IMG/VR virus record: IMGVR_UViG_2593339225_000003
Coordinates: 1-64,000 of that record
Length of the DNA: 64,000 bases
Direction: 5' to 3' (one strand)
Source of the DNA: a virus
Lineage: Duplodnaviria > Caudoviricetes
The notes under the pieces are model-generated. The model was not told the DNA's origin and searched no databases. It saw only the letters and a list, made by a program, of their open reading frames with translations. A program made the position numbers and the translations under genes. This document shows, one piece after another, positions 20,619 to 31,263 of the stretch (positions within the stretch are counted from its first letter, which is position 1; each line of letters begins with the position of its first letter).

Positions 20619-21784
20619 TAAAATCCCCCAATTCTATGTAATGATGTAAATGAAACAGTTATTTTATTATCAATAGCACCAAAATAATTCCAACTCCAAG
20701 AATATTTACTCATCGCAAGATTTGTTGTCAATAGCATAGAAATTTGGAAAACATTTTCACCTCTTGATAAATACAATAAATTTGAGTATTTTGTTGAATT
20801 ATCAATATAAGGAGGATATTTTAAGTTGTTTATAATTGATTCTCCATTTATAATCTTTTTATAAGTTCCATATTTACAATCAGCAACTACAGAAAATTCA
20901 TCTGCATTTCCATCAAGCGCCATTACAGAATCATTTGATTTATTAAAAATTTTCAACAAAAAAGTAGTTCCTTCGTTCCATTTATCCTCGCTCGACGGAT
21001 TATCCGTAATCCAATAAGCAACATAATAATAAGTTCCAACAACTAAATTTTCGGATGTGGTTGCCGTAAAAATATTTGTTTCAGTATCATATTCTCCGGC
21101 GATTTTGTTAGTAAACCCATCATCGTGTGCTACAACTACATATTCCAGTATGTTACCAGATGTATCTGTAATTGTAAGTTTACCAGGAACGGCACATTGT
21201 ATTGTTGCGGTATGTTTACTCCTTTTTAACGGAACTGTCTTAAAACTAATTTTTGGATTAATTTCCATTCTATCAGGTAAACCGTTCAATTTTATAGTTT
21301 TTTTTATAGTAGAAATTCCTGTGTTTACTCCATCAGTGAAACTTAGCGGTAAATCAATATTTTCATCTCGATACCAAAATCCACTATCATTTCTTACCTT
21401 ACATCTAAATCCTCTATATCCATTAACATCCATTATATCTTCACTTGGAATTAATAACGCTCTTAAATAATAATCTTGCCTCTCATTTATTACAACAAAT
21501 TTCTTCCAACCATTTTGACCAAATAGCCAATCCTTTATTTCCTCAACTTGGGTATAAGGAATATTTTCGTCGGGATTAATTATCTCCAAATCAAATTCAA
21601 GGGGCTTGTTAGAATAATCAAGCCCCAAGAGTAATTGACTTGCAGAATGGGGGAGGGTATCAACGGTGGGTTCATATTCAGCACCCGAAATTATGCTTTG
21701 ATAGTCTTTATTTATTTCGCAGGAAACAAGATTGTATATGCTCGAACTTTTGCCGGCATATTCAAAAATATCAAATCTGCCCAT
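20618..21784 (-). CDS. Distal tail protein (Dit) with insertion
   Basis: Follows the tape measure gene; FEYAGKSS, IKDWLFG and LYLSRGEN are typical of Dit. Confidence 0.7.
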   Translation of the reverse strand: MGRFDIFEYAGKSSSIYNLVSCEINKDYQSIISGAEYEPTVDTLPHSASQLLLGLDYSNKPLEFDLEIINPDENIPYTQVEEIKDWLFGQNGWKKFVVINERQDYYLRALLIPSEDIMDVNGYRGFRCKVRNDSGFWYRDENIDLPLSFTDGVNTGISTIKKTIKLNGLPDRMEINPKISFKTVPLKRSKHTATIQCAVPGKLTITDTSGNILEYVVVAHDDGFTNKIAGEYDTETNIFTATTSENLVVGTYYYVAYWITDNPSSEDKWNEGTTFLLKIFNKSNDSVMALDGNADEFSVVADCKYGTYKKIINGESIINNLKYPPYIDNSTKYSNLLYLSRGENVFQISMLLTTNLAMSKYSWSWNYFGAIDNKITVSFTSLHRIGGF

Positions 21785-21803
21785 TGTTTACCCACTTCCT
21801 TTC

Positions 21804-24800
21804 TTATAAATTATTTTTCTCTCTTAACATTTCTAACATAAATTGCTTTTTGAACAATTCGTATCTCTGTCTTTCTTGCTTGTCCATTGTGCTTAATGTG
21901 TTTTTGTCTATGTTGCCGTAGATGTGATAGACTGGCGCGGAACTTAGTGTCACATCGCCGCCGTACTTCGTTACCTTGTTTGTCACACCTCTTGCGCTGT
22001 CTGCAAAATTGCCGTAACTTGAAGATAAGAAACTGCTCATTTTGCCGATAACGTCTGAGATGAATTTTTGCGGGTCAGAAGAAAACTTCCATAAGTTGTC
22101 GGTCATACCTGCATTAAATACTTGTGAGCCTTGCGGCATCATAGTATATTGACCCTGACTGAGTTTGCCAAAAATGGCTTCTAAACCTTCTTCTTGGGTG
22201 ACTGATACTCCACCGGCAGAATGACGTGTACCTTTAGCGTGATGATTAACGATGGCGTTTTTGAACAACAGCGGATTAACGTCATTGAAATTGTTATACT
22301 TATAAACCTCTTTCATTATGGCATTATAAGCTCGTTCTCTTACCGAAGTAGTGTCAGAACTGTCGCCAACATAACCATAATAATCTCTGCCGCGGAATTT
22401 GACTTTATAGTAATAATTGCCACTTGCTGCATCATAACCGTGACCCAAATATTTTGGGGTTGTATCACTATTATCAGTTCCACCAACGTTAATGCCTGTA
22501 AGCTGATTTAACTTGTTTATATAATCAGAAATACTATTACCCAAACCATCAAGGCTACCAGACACACTGTCAATAGAATCCGAAGTTGCACTAATAGCAT
22601 CACTTGTAGAACTAATAGCGTCATCAAGATAACCTATTTGAGTTTCACAATTATCAATTTGCGTGTTAAGGTCATTAATTTGTCTATCGGTATCATAAAT
22701 TTTACCTTGTAAAAATTCCATTGTACCGATAAGAGTATCGTTGTCGCCCTTATATCTCTGAATCGCGGCTTGTGCGCTACTCCATAGATAATCAAACTCT
22801 GCGCGGGTTTTAGTTGTATAAGTATAAGTATAATTCCATAAATTGCTATACAAAGTGCCATTATCATTGTCAATCATACGACAAGCATCTTCATATAACT
22901 TGCGGGAATTATCAAGATAAGCGTCTATCTCGTCAATCTTGGACTCAAGGTGTTCAACTTGCGCGTCAATAGCAGCCTTGCGCTGTTCAATCATTTCTGA
23001 ATATCTTGTTTCTTCTTCTTCAAGCGCGGAAATACGTTTATCTTTTTCCTGCTCGTCAAGATAGTCTTTGAGGTCTTTGCTGCTTTCGGCGTAATTGTCG
23101 GCGGCTTGTTTTTGAGATTTTTTGCCGGCAGAACTGTCGTCGAGTTGCGCGATTGCAAGTGCGAGGGCATCTTTGGCGGCGGACTTTTGCTTTTCGGATA
23201 ATTCATCCTGTGCTTTCTTTTCTTCATATAAAGCCTCGATTTCCTCTTTGCGTTTACTAATTAATTTAGAATAGGCATCCTTTTGGTCATCGAGTGCAGA
23301 TTTCTTATCCTCTAAGGAATCAATACTATCTTGAAGTGCGGATTTTTCATTTTCTTTAGTTTGTTTAATATAATCGATTGTAAGGTCAATTAAAGATTGA
23401 ATATCGTCCTGCGCACCCTCTAAACTATCTTTGTAATCTTCGAGAGCATCTTTGGCATCCTCTAAACCATCCTTGTAATCTTGAAGTGCGGATTTCTGCG
23501 ATTCAAGCGCATCTTTTTGGGATTCGAGGGCGGATGTTGCGCCATTAGTTTTACTTGTGAACTCATTTGTCGAAGAATTTAAACTACTAAGCCAACTGTC
23601 GTAAATTGCAGCATAATTGGCAACAGTATTAAACGACTGTTTCATAGCATCTGTATAAGCCGTAGTTTTATTTGCTACATCTTTTGCTTGGGCTAAAGCA
23701 TAATAGTGTTTTGTAAGGCTTTCGATACTATTAGATTCTTCATCATATGCTTTTGCAGTCGCATAGGCTTGGGCTTCTTCAACACTCATATTCAAGATAG
23801 ATTCATATAAAGACGTAACTTGGTCTAATAATAGAGATTTAGCTTTTGCGGCTATGTAATTCTTGTATGCCTGGGAATTAGTATTAATTTGACCATTTTC
23901 GTCAATTAAAAGATTTAAATATTCGGGTTCAAGCTCTAATAATTTTTGTAAATCATCCGTTGAATAATAGCCATTATCATTGAAGTTTTCTTGAATATCT
24001 TGAATGTCCGAAACAACAGATTGTAAATCATCTAAATCATTTGACAATTTTTCAATTTCTGCTGAAAGTACTTTAATTCCTATGGCTTTACTTGCAATCC
24101 CATCAAGTGATTCTTTTACTGCATTAAGGCTGTTTGCATCCTCACTGGTTGGCATATTCTTTGCCCAACTCTCAAATTGATTATCAATTTCAGTTTGGGT
24201 GCTATTAATAAGTTCTTCTAATGCTACATCTAAGTCATCTGTGCGGTTAGCAAGTTCGGGGAACTTTTCAAATAAATCAATTAAATCGCTCTCTGATAAA
24301 TCTCCGTTTTTAATTCCTTCAAGTGCATCTGATAATTCGGTAAGCCTTGTCTTAAATCCATTAACGACTTCTTGGACATTTTCGTTTGATATTAAATCGC
24401 TAAATGCCACTTTTGCATCTGAGGCTATCGAGCCAGTCACTTGTTCTGCTTGTTCAATTTGAGCGGCAAGCCCTTTAAAAGATTCAGAAGTTGTGTCGGT
24501 AATAAGACCGACATCCTTCATATTATCTACCATAGCTTTTACATCATCATTGCTATTATATAAATTTTCAACTTCTGCGGCTGTTAAACCATCTTTTGCA
24601 GCTTTTTCTAATTCTTCTCTACCTTTGGCAAAACGGTCTGAATTAAAAATATCTTTAAATACCAAATCAAAGTTATCAGATGTTGCAGCTAAATAGGCGT
24701 TTTGCACATCCATTATTTTGTCATAAGCTGCTTTAGCATCGTCTGACAAAGTAGTATAATCATAATCAGCTATTTTTTCTCTTAATTCATTAAGTTTAGG

Positions 24801-25835
24801 AACAAACTCATCTAACCATTGTTCTGCTACATCTTTGGTCTTTTCGTTGGTAGGGTTAAGATATTCACCAAGCATAAAACGGAAGTAATCTTCATTAGAC
24901 ATATATGCGCCGCCGCCCGCCAAGGGATTTTGCTGGTTGAATTGTTCATTAACCGAATCTACAAAATTCTTTTCATTTTTACCTTTTGCAGTTTCTAAGT
25001 TCTTTTTTTCAAGAGCAATTTGTTTTTCAAGTTCAGCGTTGACCTTTCTTAGACGACTAAGTTCGGCTTGTTCAACAATCGTTAAAGTGTCTTTTCTTAA
25101 TAATTCATCAATACGTTTTTTAGTAGTATTTAGGTCATCATTAAGTCCAGATATTTTATCCTGTAACTCTTTAACCTCACTGGCACTTTCTTCTAATCTC
25201 TCAGAGGCACTTTTAATCTTGCTTACCAATGAAACAATCACAGCAATCGCCGTTGCTGCAATGGTAGCAAATAGCAAAATTGGATGCGAAGAAAAAGCCA
25301 CCTTTAATCCGTTAAGAGCCGCAGTTAATCCACCTGTTGCCGCAGACAATCCAGAAGTTGTAGCAGTAGCAGCTACATTTGCCGCCGAATGTGCAGCGGT
25401 TGAAACAGCGGCTTCTGCCTCCGCTGCGGACATTCCTTTATTCATTAAAATTGAAATTTGCTGTTCAGCGTTCAATCCAGAAGTAGATATAATTAAAGCT
25501 AAATTTGTAGCGTTTAGATTTGAAGCCGCTATTGCGGCAGCTATTTGCTGTTGTGTTAATCCACTCTCAGCAAGGGATTCGGCAGTGATTGCTTCTACCA
25601 AAGATGTTTTGGTTAATGCCGCATATAAATCACTTGCACTCATTGTATTTGCAGAAGCAATCATAGTTGCTCGCGAAGCAGAAAGACCAGACTCCGTTAA
25701 AATTTGTGCTTGCTCTGCGGCAGTTAAACTCGTTTTCGCTAAAGTAGCAGAAAGGTCACTTTCAGCCATACCAACAGTAGCGTTTCTGACGAGATTTATA
25801 TTTGCAGCTCCCTCTAAACCCAGAAGTTTTAATTG
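21804..25835 (-). CDS. Tape measure protein, exon 2 (1343 aa)
   Basis: Long Ala-rich and coiled-coil protein with HAKGT motif; no RBS of its own; in frame with exon 1 after intron removal (...FIKNFG|QLKLLG...). Confidence 0.8.
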   Translation of the reverse strand, partial: QLKLLGLEGAANINLVRNATVGMAESDLSATLAKTSLTAAEQAQILTESGLSASRATMIASANTMSASDLYAALTKTSLVEAITAESLAESGLTQQQIAAAIAASNLNATNLALIISTSGLNAEQQISILMNKGMSAAEAEAAVSTAAHSAANVAATATTSGLSAATGGLTAALNGLKVAFSSHPILLFATIAATAIAVIVSLVSKIKSASERLEESASEVKELQDKISGLNDDLNTTKKRIDELLRKDTLTIVEQAELSRLRKVNAELEKQIALEKKNLETAKGKNEKNFVDSVNEQFNQQNPLAGGGAYMSNEDYFRFMLGEYLNPTNEKTKDVAEQWLDEFVPKLNELREKIADYDYTTLSDDAKAAYDKIMDVQNAYLAATSDNFDLVFKDIFNSDRFAKGREELEKAAKDGLTAAEVENLYNSNDDVKAMVDNMKDVGLITDTTSESFKGLAAQIEQAEQVTGSIASDAKVAFSDLISNENVQEVVNGFKTRLTELSDALEGIKNGDLSESDLIDLFEKFPELANRTDDLDVALEELINSTQTEIDNQFESWAKNMPTSEDANSLNAVKESLDGIASKAIGIKVLSAEIEKLSNDLDDLQSVVSDIQDIQENFNDNGYYSTDDLQKLLELEPEYLNLLIDENGQINTNSQAYKNYIAAKAKSLLLDQVTSLYESILNMSVEEAQAYATAKAYDEESNSIESLTKHYYALAQAKDVANKTTAYTDAMKQSFNTVANYAAIYDSWLSSLNSSTNEFTSKTNGATSALESQKDALESQKSALQDYKDGLEDAKDALEDYKDSLEGAQDDIQSLIDLTIDYIKQTKENEKSALQDSIDSLEDKKSALDDQKDAYSKLISKRKEEIEALYEEKKAQDELSEKQKSAAKDALALAIAQLDDSSAGKKSQKQAADNYAESSKDLKDYLDEQEKDKRISALEEEETRYSEMIEQRKAAIDAQVEHLESKIDEIDAYLDNSRKLYEDACRMIDNDNGTLYSNLWNYTYTYTTKTRAEFDYLWSSAQAAIQRYKGDNDTLIGTMEFLQGKIYDTDRQINDLNTQIDNCETQIGYLDDAISSTSDAISATSDSIDSVSGSLDGLGNSISDYINKLNQLTGINVGGTDNSDTTPKYLGHGYDAASGNYYYKVKFRGRDYYGYVGDSSDTTSVRERAYNAIMKEVYKYNNFNDVNPLLFKNAIVNHHAKGTRHSAGGVSVTQEEGLEAIFGKLSQGQYTMMPQGSQVFNAGMTDNLWKFSSDPQKFISDVIGKMSSFLSSSYGNFADSARGVTNKVTKYGGDVTLSSAPVYHIYGNIDKNTLSTMDKQERQRYELFKKQFMLEMLREKNNL

Positions 25836-25861
25836 CATTATTATTATAACTGTGTTATAAT
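25833..25861 (+). promoter_or_regulatory. Sigma-A promoter for the intron cargo gene
   Basis: TTGCAT (25833-25838), 17 bp spacer, TGnTATAAT (-10 at 25856-25861), then AAGAGGTG RBS and ATG 25881. Confidence 0.75.
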
Positions 25862-25880
25862 TAAAAAGAGGTGAGCTAAT

Positions 25881-26213
25881 ATGAGTGAATATTCTAAAAT
25901 AATAGGGACAATCAAAATAACTTGTCCTAATTGTAAACATAATATCTCAAATCAACGCATAATGAACGACCAAATAACAGAGTTTGGCGAATGTGTTAAT
26001 TGCGGCAAAATGACATATCATAAAATACTAAATCCTATAACTTCACAAGAAAAACAATCTAAACCGTTAATTAAATGTCCATATTGTCAATCAACTAATA
26101 TTAAAAAGATTTCTAAATCTTCAAAATTAGTACACGGAATAACGTTTGGCATTTTCGCGGCAAGCAAACTCGTACATCAATGGCATTGTAATAATTGTAA
26201 AAGTGATTTTTAA
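25881..26213 (+). CDS. Zinc-ribbon protein (110 aa), antisense cargo inside the intron
   Basis: Four CxxC motifs (CPNC, CVNC, CPYC, CNNC) and a short hydrophobic segment (LVHGITFGIFAA); own promoter, RBS and terminator. Confidence 0.85.
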   Translation: MSEYSKIIGTIKITCPNCKHNISNQRIMNDQITEFGECVNCGKMTYHKILNPITSQEKQSKPLIKCPYCQSTNIKKISKSSKLVHGITFGIFAASKLVHQWHCNNCKSDF

Positions 26214-26217
26214 TTAT

Positions 26218-26246
26218 AGACCGTTCACTCTGGACGGTCTTTTTTG
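26218..26246 (+). terminator. Rho-independent terminator of the cargo gene
   Basis: AGACCGTTCA-CTC-TGGACGGTCT followed by a T run. Confidence 0.85.
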
Positions 26247-26744
26247 TGTTTGGAACATACGTTAATAGCAAATAAAATAAGGCTTTTATCTACTATAAGG
26301 AATGGTGTCCTCTGAACGTTCCCATTGTTAAGACTTTTATCCCGACATTGCTTTCACAACTTCTACCTATCGGATTATATAGTCAAAGAATACACTCAAT
26401 GGGTGCGCTGCTCGTTATCAATTATATATCTGTCCGGCGTTATTTTTTAACCGTAGAAATCTCACTCCCGTACACGGCGGTTTGACTATTTGCCTTATTT
26501 TTCGGCTACAAATTATAATTGCAAATAACTGCAAATAAATAATGGCTTAGTTAAGCCATTTTCGCAAGTGTTTTCAATAATTGCAACTAAATTTGTGTAG
26601 TGAGCATTATGACTTCAAGCAATTTCTCCTTTTGTTGTTTTAGAACTTTCTTCTTATGGAATTGATTTTCTCGCCATTATGATAAATCTTCCCCATAATA
26701 GACCAATTAACGCCTCTGGGTAGCGTTATACTCCTGTTGGAGTA

Positions 26745-29036
26745 ACCGAAGTTCTTGATAAATGCGACTATAGGAATTGCTATCATTGCCGTTCCTAAAA
26801 GTCCAAATGTACTTGTTAATCCATCAAGTACATTTAATAATCCAGTGAGTAAATCAATAATAGCTCCCATTTCATTTGTTTGGAAAATATTTTGAAAAAT
26901 ACCCACTCCTGTTTCTTTGAGCGCATTAATTTTGTAATCAAGCGACTCCATAATAATTGACATTTCGTTTTCTGCATTGCCGGCACTATTAGCCATAGTG
27001 TCAAGAGATTTATCTACTGCGCCAAAGTTTCCGATGATACTTGCGATGATTTGTCCTTGACGTTTACCGGCAAGTTTTTCAAGCAAATCTGCTTGTTGTT
27101 TGTCTGTAAGTTCATCATAAATATCCGAAATATCTCTTAATAATTCAGTTGTTGATTTATATTCAGTTTTATCTTTATCTCTAAATAATGAGATTCCACC
27201 TGGATGATTAGCTGTTTTTGTGAGTTCTGCTATTTCACCATTTAATACTTCTACGCCACCAATAAATTCTTCGGTTTCTTCATCGTAACCGCGAATACGC
27301 ATTGAAACAGTTTTCAAGGCATTACCAACAGATGCAGCATCTCTTGTGATTTCTGTTGCTGCCGTACCAAGCGCAATAGTTTCCTCTAACGTATTATTTG
27401 CTTCTTTCATTGCCGAAGATGAACGGGTCAAAAAGTCAACAATGTTTTCATTAGAAACTGCTTGTGAGTTACCAATAGCATTTATTTTACTTGCAACTCC
27501 ATCAAGTGCATCATCGGCTTCTATATCAAACGCTTTCATTGCGCTAACCAAACCATCAGTAGCCTTTTCAATATCTACTCCGGGCGAAATAGAAGCAAAG
27601 ATAGAAGATGTTTTAGCCATTGTTTCGGCATCTTTAATCGAATATCCCAAACGCGACCATTCGGCAGCTGCGCTAATTACTTCTTTGGTTGTTACACCTA
27701 ATTGCTTGGCGGTATCGTTGGCAGTATAATAAAACTCCTTTAATTGAGTTTCTGTAGCATCAGTGGTTTTCTTTAAATCAACCAACGCAGTATCAAGGCT
27801 TATAACATCACTAACGCCAGTCTTTACTGCCCTTATAGCAGAATAAATAAGTGTTGAAGCACTAATATATCTTGTAATACTCGAAACCGCACCTTTTAAA
27901 CTATCTCCAAATGTTTTACCTTTTAGCCCTGCCGCAGAAGCAGCACTGTCAACTTCTTTGTAAGAATTTCTAAGCTGATTAAGAGTGTTCTTGTGAACGT
28001 TTCCACTTGCCGTCGCAGAATCAAGTTGGTTAATTAAATTGCGGACTATTTGCCCATATGTTTTTGCTGCTCTTGAATTTTTGTTGAGCCAAGATTCCAT
28101 TTGATTACGCAAAGTCGTCACTTCGATAGATGTAGCAAACTGCCTCTGAGTATTATTTACAGTTGTTAAACTATTCCGCACTCTATTCAAAGTAGACTCA
28201 TAATCATTGAAATGTGCAACAAGTTGTTCCGATGTTAAATTACCAGAATTAGCAAATGTTTGTTCAAGCGTATTCAAATGTTCAAGGTCTGTTTCAACTT
28301 GTAACAAAGTATTGTGTAATTCTTGATATGTAGCTTCACTTAATTGCGCGGAATCAACTTTACCACTAACCGCAGAAAATGATTGTTGGACTTTACTTAT
28401 TTGTGCGCCAATATCGCCATTAGCCAAAGCATTAGTAGCTCTTTGTAAAGAACTGTTAAATTCTTCAACCGCCCGCCTTCTTTGCTCAAAGGACTGAGTA
28501 AACTGATTTTGAGAATGAATAATATCACCGGTTTCATTTTCAAATACCCTAAGAACTTCAACTCCGCGATTTAACTCATCGACACCAGTTAATCGAATAC
28601 TAATATTTCCGTTGCTCAACTGGCGGGTTCTTATCTCATCAATCGAAACGACCATATTCTGCAATCCCCGCGTAGCATTATTGATTGCGTTTTGGTCAAG
28701 ACCCATTTGGTGCAATAAATTGCCGACATCACCAAGCCCACCGTTGTTCAACGTAATTCGATGTATTTCTCCGCTAAAATTCTGCGCGAATTGCTGCCCC
28801 GCCGATTGTCCAATATTGCCCATTTGCTGAACAACATTTTGAACATTTGCGCTATTGACATTTATTGCAAACGTATGATTGCTAAACGCTTCTTGAATTT
28901 GCTGAATGAGATTCGCAGTGTTGACAGTTACATTGTGTAAATTTACTTGGCGATTATTGATTTCGTTTTTGATTTGATTTTCTACGCCAGAGGTATCTAA
29001 TCTCGCTTTGATAATAGCTTCAAAATTATTAGCCAT
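26745..29036 (-). CDS. Tape measure protein, exon 1 (764 aa; TP901-type core)
   Basis: LDTALVDLKK, AAAEWSRLGYS and VGNALKTVSMRIRG motifs; unspliced ORF runs on to a stop at 26640 (798 aa). Confidence 0.85.
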
Positions 29037-29092
29037 AAAAACCTCCTTTCTCTAAAATAAAAAATCGCCCTTGTAGGCGAATAAATTTTTCA

Positions 29093-30139
29093 TTACAAAT
29101 CCTCTAATCCCTTTTGTTCAACTTTTTTGATTCCTTCAGCTCCGAAATACTTGTCAAATGTATTTTCCGCCTCAAGGTCAGAATATACATCAACAAGACT
29201 AACATCAGACCATCCAAATATATCTTTAATGACGTTCGCGGGGATTCCAGCTTCAACATATCTCGTGGTTGCACGATGCCTACAAAGGTGGGGAAACCAG
29301 GGTTTACCAGCCAATCTTGTAAATGTTCTCGAATACGAGTCCATTGTTGTAGTGTTCATTGGCTCGTCCAGCCATTTGCCATCTTTATACATAGGGAATA
29401 ACCAATCGCTCGTAATATTTAATCGAACACGTTCCTCTAACCACATATCCAAATAAGGTTGGAATGGTTTTGCAAGAGTATAGCAGTATAAGAGTTTCCC
29501 TCTTTGCCCGCGACCTTTGGTTTTTATCTTTTCAGGTGTTTTGTATAATGCTCCTTCGCAAATTAAATTTTCTTTGTTAAAATAAGAAACCTTAAAGCGC
29601 GGGATTTCTGCCTTTCTTCTTCCGCCATATATCATTAATGCTAAAACACAGGCTTTCATATATTCTTTCTTTTCAACCAGTTTATTAAGTAAATCTTCCA
29701 ACTCTTCATCTGTAAAAACCGGCTGTTCTCGCACAGCTTCGTTGACGGGATTTTCAATCTTATCCCATATTCTTTGATAATTTGGATATTCGTCATCAAG
29801 AATTTTGATTATGAAATTTTCTAAACTACGCATAACAGATTTTACAAATCTCATTCTTCTTGGCGACCAACCCCATTCATTCAATGCCATATTCTGAAAT
29901 TTAGACACCTCACGTTTCTTCATTTCAACAAAACTTTTATTTTTGTTATAGTCTAAATTCCAACACCAAAGAATGTGTAATGCCGCGCGGTACTGAGTAA
30001 TTGTAGTTTCAGCTCTATCAACAGAAACTAAATGTTCAAGAAAATCTTCTTCAAGGTCAAGACTTTCTTCGTTAGCCTTCGCTAACTTTTCCTCGGAAGT
30101 TAAATCGTTATATACAGTTGACCTACCAGCTTTCGCCAT
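29093..30139 (-). CDS. Tyrosine recombinase
   Basis: Catalytic R (GRRKAEI), HxxR (PHLCRH), W (FGWS) and Y (VDVY). Confidence 0.85.
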   Translation of the reverse strand: MAKAGRSTVYNDLTSEEKLAKANEESLDLEEDFLEHLVSVDRAETTITQYRAALHILWCWNLDYNKNKSFVEMKKREVSKFQNMALNEWGWSPRRMRFVKSVMRSLENFIIKILDDEYPNYQRIWDKIENPVNEAVREQPVFTDEELEDLLNKLVEKKEYMKACVLALMIYGGRRKAEIPRFKVSYFNKENLICEGALYKTPEKIKTKGRGQRGKLLYCYTLAKPFQPYLDMWLEERVRLNITSDWLFPMYKDGKWLDEPMNTTTMDSYSRTFTRLAGKPWFPHLCRHRATTRYVEAGIPANVIKDIFGWSDVSLVDVYSDLEAENTFDKYFGAEGIKKVEQKGLEDL

Positions 30140-30151
30140 AAAATCACCTCT

Positions 30152-30598
30152 TTATTTTGGAGTAAAAGTCATACTCAATGTATCATTGAAATCTTTCTCA
30201 ATATTATCTTTTGCTCTTTGCCAAAATTCTTTGTTTCCCACGGTTGGTCTTGCCCAATGTCCGCTCGAAACTATCCAACGCTTGCCCTTATCCGCAAGTT
30301 CCAACGCTTGCTCCATATTTGGTTTATCGCCAGTCGAATAATTATGTTCAGTATCTAAATAAGCTGTAAAAGAAACCTCTCCTCCATCTGTGAATTGTTG
30401 GCTCTCATTATAGGTTGTCTTTGGAGTTTTCCCCAGCTCGCCAGTTCTAACATACATCACAGGCTTTTTGCCTTTATAAAACCACGAAGTTGCCTCTTGC
30501 ATATCCTTTTTTGCTTTCTTATTAACCTTTTTCATAGAGTCCTTTAGTGAACGCATAAGCATTTGGTTTAACTGTGTCATATTTCTTGCTGTGGGCAT
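30152..30598 (-). CDS. Hypothetical tail-module protein (tail completion-like)
   Basis: 148-aa ORF with RBS; YVRTGEL motif; position in the tail module. Confidence 0.45.
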   Translation of the reverse strand: MPTARNMTQLNQMLMRSLKDSMKKVNKKAKKDMQEATSWFYKGKKPVMYVRTGELGKTPKTTYNESQQFTDGGEVSFTAYLDTEHNYSTGDKPNMEQALELADKGKRWIVSSGHWARPTVGNKEFWQRAKDNIEKDFNDTLSMTFTPK

Positions 30599-30599
30599 T

Positions 30600-31094
30600 T
30601 TATTTACCTATCGCTTTCAATACGGATTCCGCACTCAAATCACCCTTTGCAACATCGTCAGAAATTTTTGCAAGTTTGTTCAAATTTTCTTCCGTAATCA
30701 CAGGGGAAATTTTATCAACAAGTCCTTCAAGTCCTGCCTGAATCCTGTCTATAATGGTATAAATAGACGACTTTCTTGTATTAACAATCTCCAAAGCATC
30801 GGCATAAGCATTTCCAAAATTAAATCTTACTCTTTGGTTATCGGTTAATGCTTTGTTGTATTCCTCTAAAAATTCCTCGTCCGCGAAAAATTGGTCAGTA
30901 TCAAATTCCTCGGCGGGGATATCATTGAATTTACTTTCTGTTACGAAATAGTTATAAAAAACCAACATAGCATTTGCTTTTCCAATATGCGGAGCATAAT
31001 TTCCATCTCCGTCAAAGAATTTTTGCGCTATTTCTTGAACTGCCGCGCCATACGCAACAATATCCAAGTTATCCTTTATCTTAAACATTTTCAT
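30600..31094 (-). CDS. Hypothetical protein (possible tail assembly chaperone)
   Basis: 164-aa ORF, translationally coupled, upstream of the tape measure gene. Confidence 0.45.
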   Translation of the reverse strand: MKMFKIKDNLDIVAYGAAVQEIAQKFFDGDGNYAPHIGKANAMLVFYNYFVTESKFNDIPAEEFDTDQFFADEEFLEEYNKALTDNQRVRFNFGNAYADALEIVNTRKSSIYTIIDRIQAGLEGLVDKISPVITEENLNKLAKISDDVAKGDLSAESVLKAIGK

Positions 31095-31263
31095 CTTCCT
31101 TTCTTAATAAAAAACCCGCGCCAAATGCACGGTTCAATCAAACTAATATTTTATTTACACACAATAGCTCTAAAACGCCGAAATTTGCTCTGTATCGCAT
31201 TTTTATTTTAGGAATATAGTTTAACGTTTTTAGCCTAAAATCGCGGTAGAGCAAGCCACAGGC

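Larger units (their letters stand above)
25836..26744 (-). mobile_element. Group I intron (909 nt) in the tape measure gene
   Basis: Exon 1 ends in U, intron ends in G. Internal guide TTAATTGGTC (26710-26701) forms P10 with exon 2 CAATTAA and P1 with exon 1 GGT. P3, P4, P6/P6a, P7 and P8 can all be paired; splicing restores the frame. Confidence 0.8.

Noticed and set aside
24937-25860. 307-aa plus-strand ORF and the other antisense ORFs in the track
   Set aside because: They are shadows of Ala-rich or codon-biased minus-strand genes and lack RBSs or motifs.
25836-25940. N-terminal extension (MFTIRTS...) of the 1378-aa ORF
   Set aside because: It is antisense to the zinc-ribbon gene and its promoter, has no RBS, and lies within the predicted intron.
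29093-30139. Integrase marking a prophage boundary
   Set aside because: Phage morphogenesis genes continue on both sides; no host genes or att repeat are visible.
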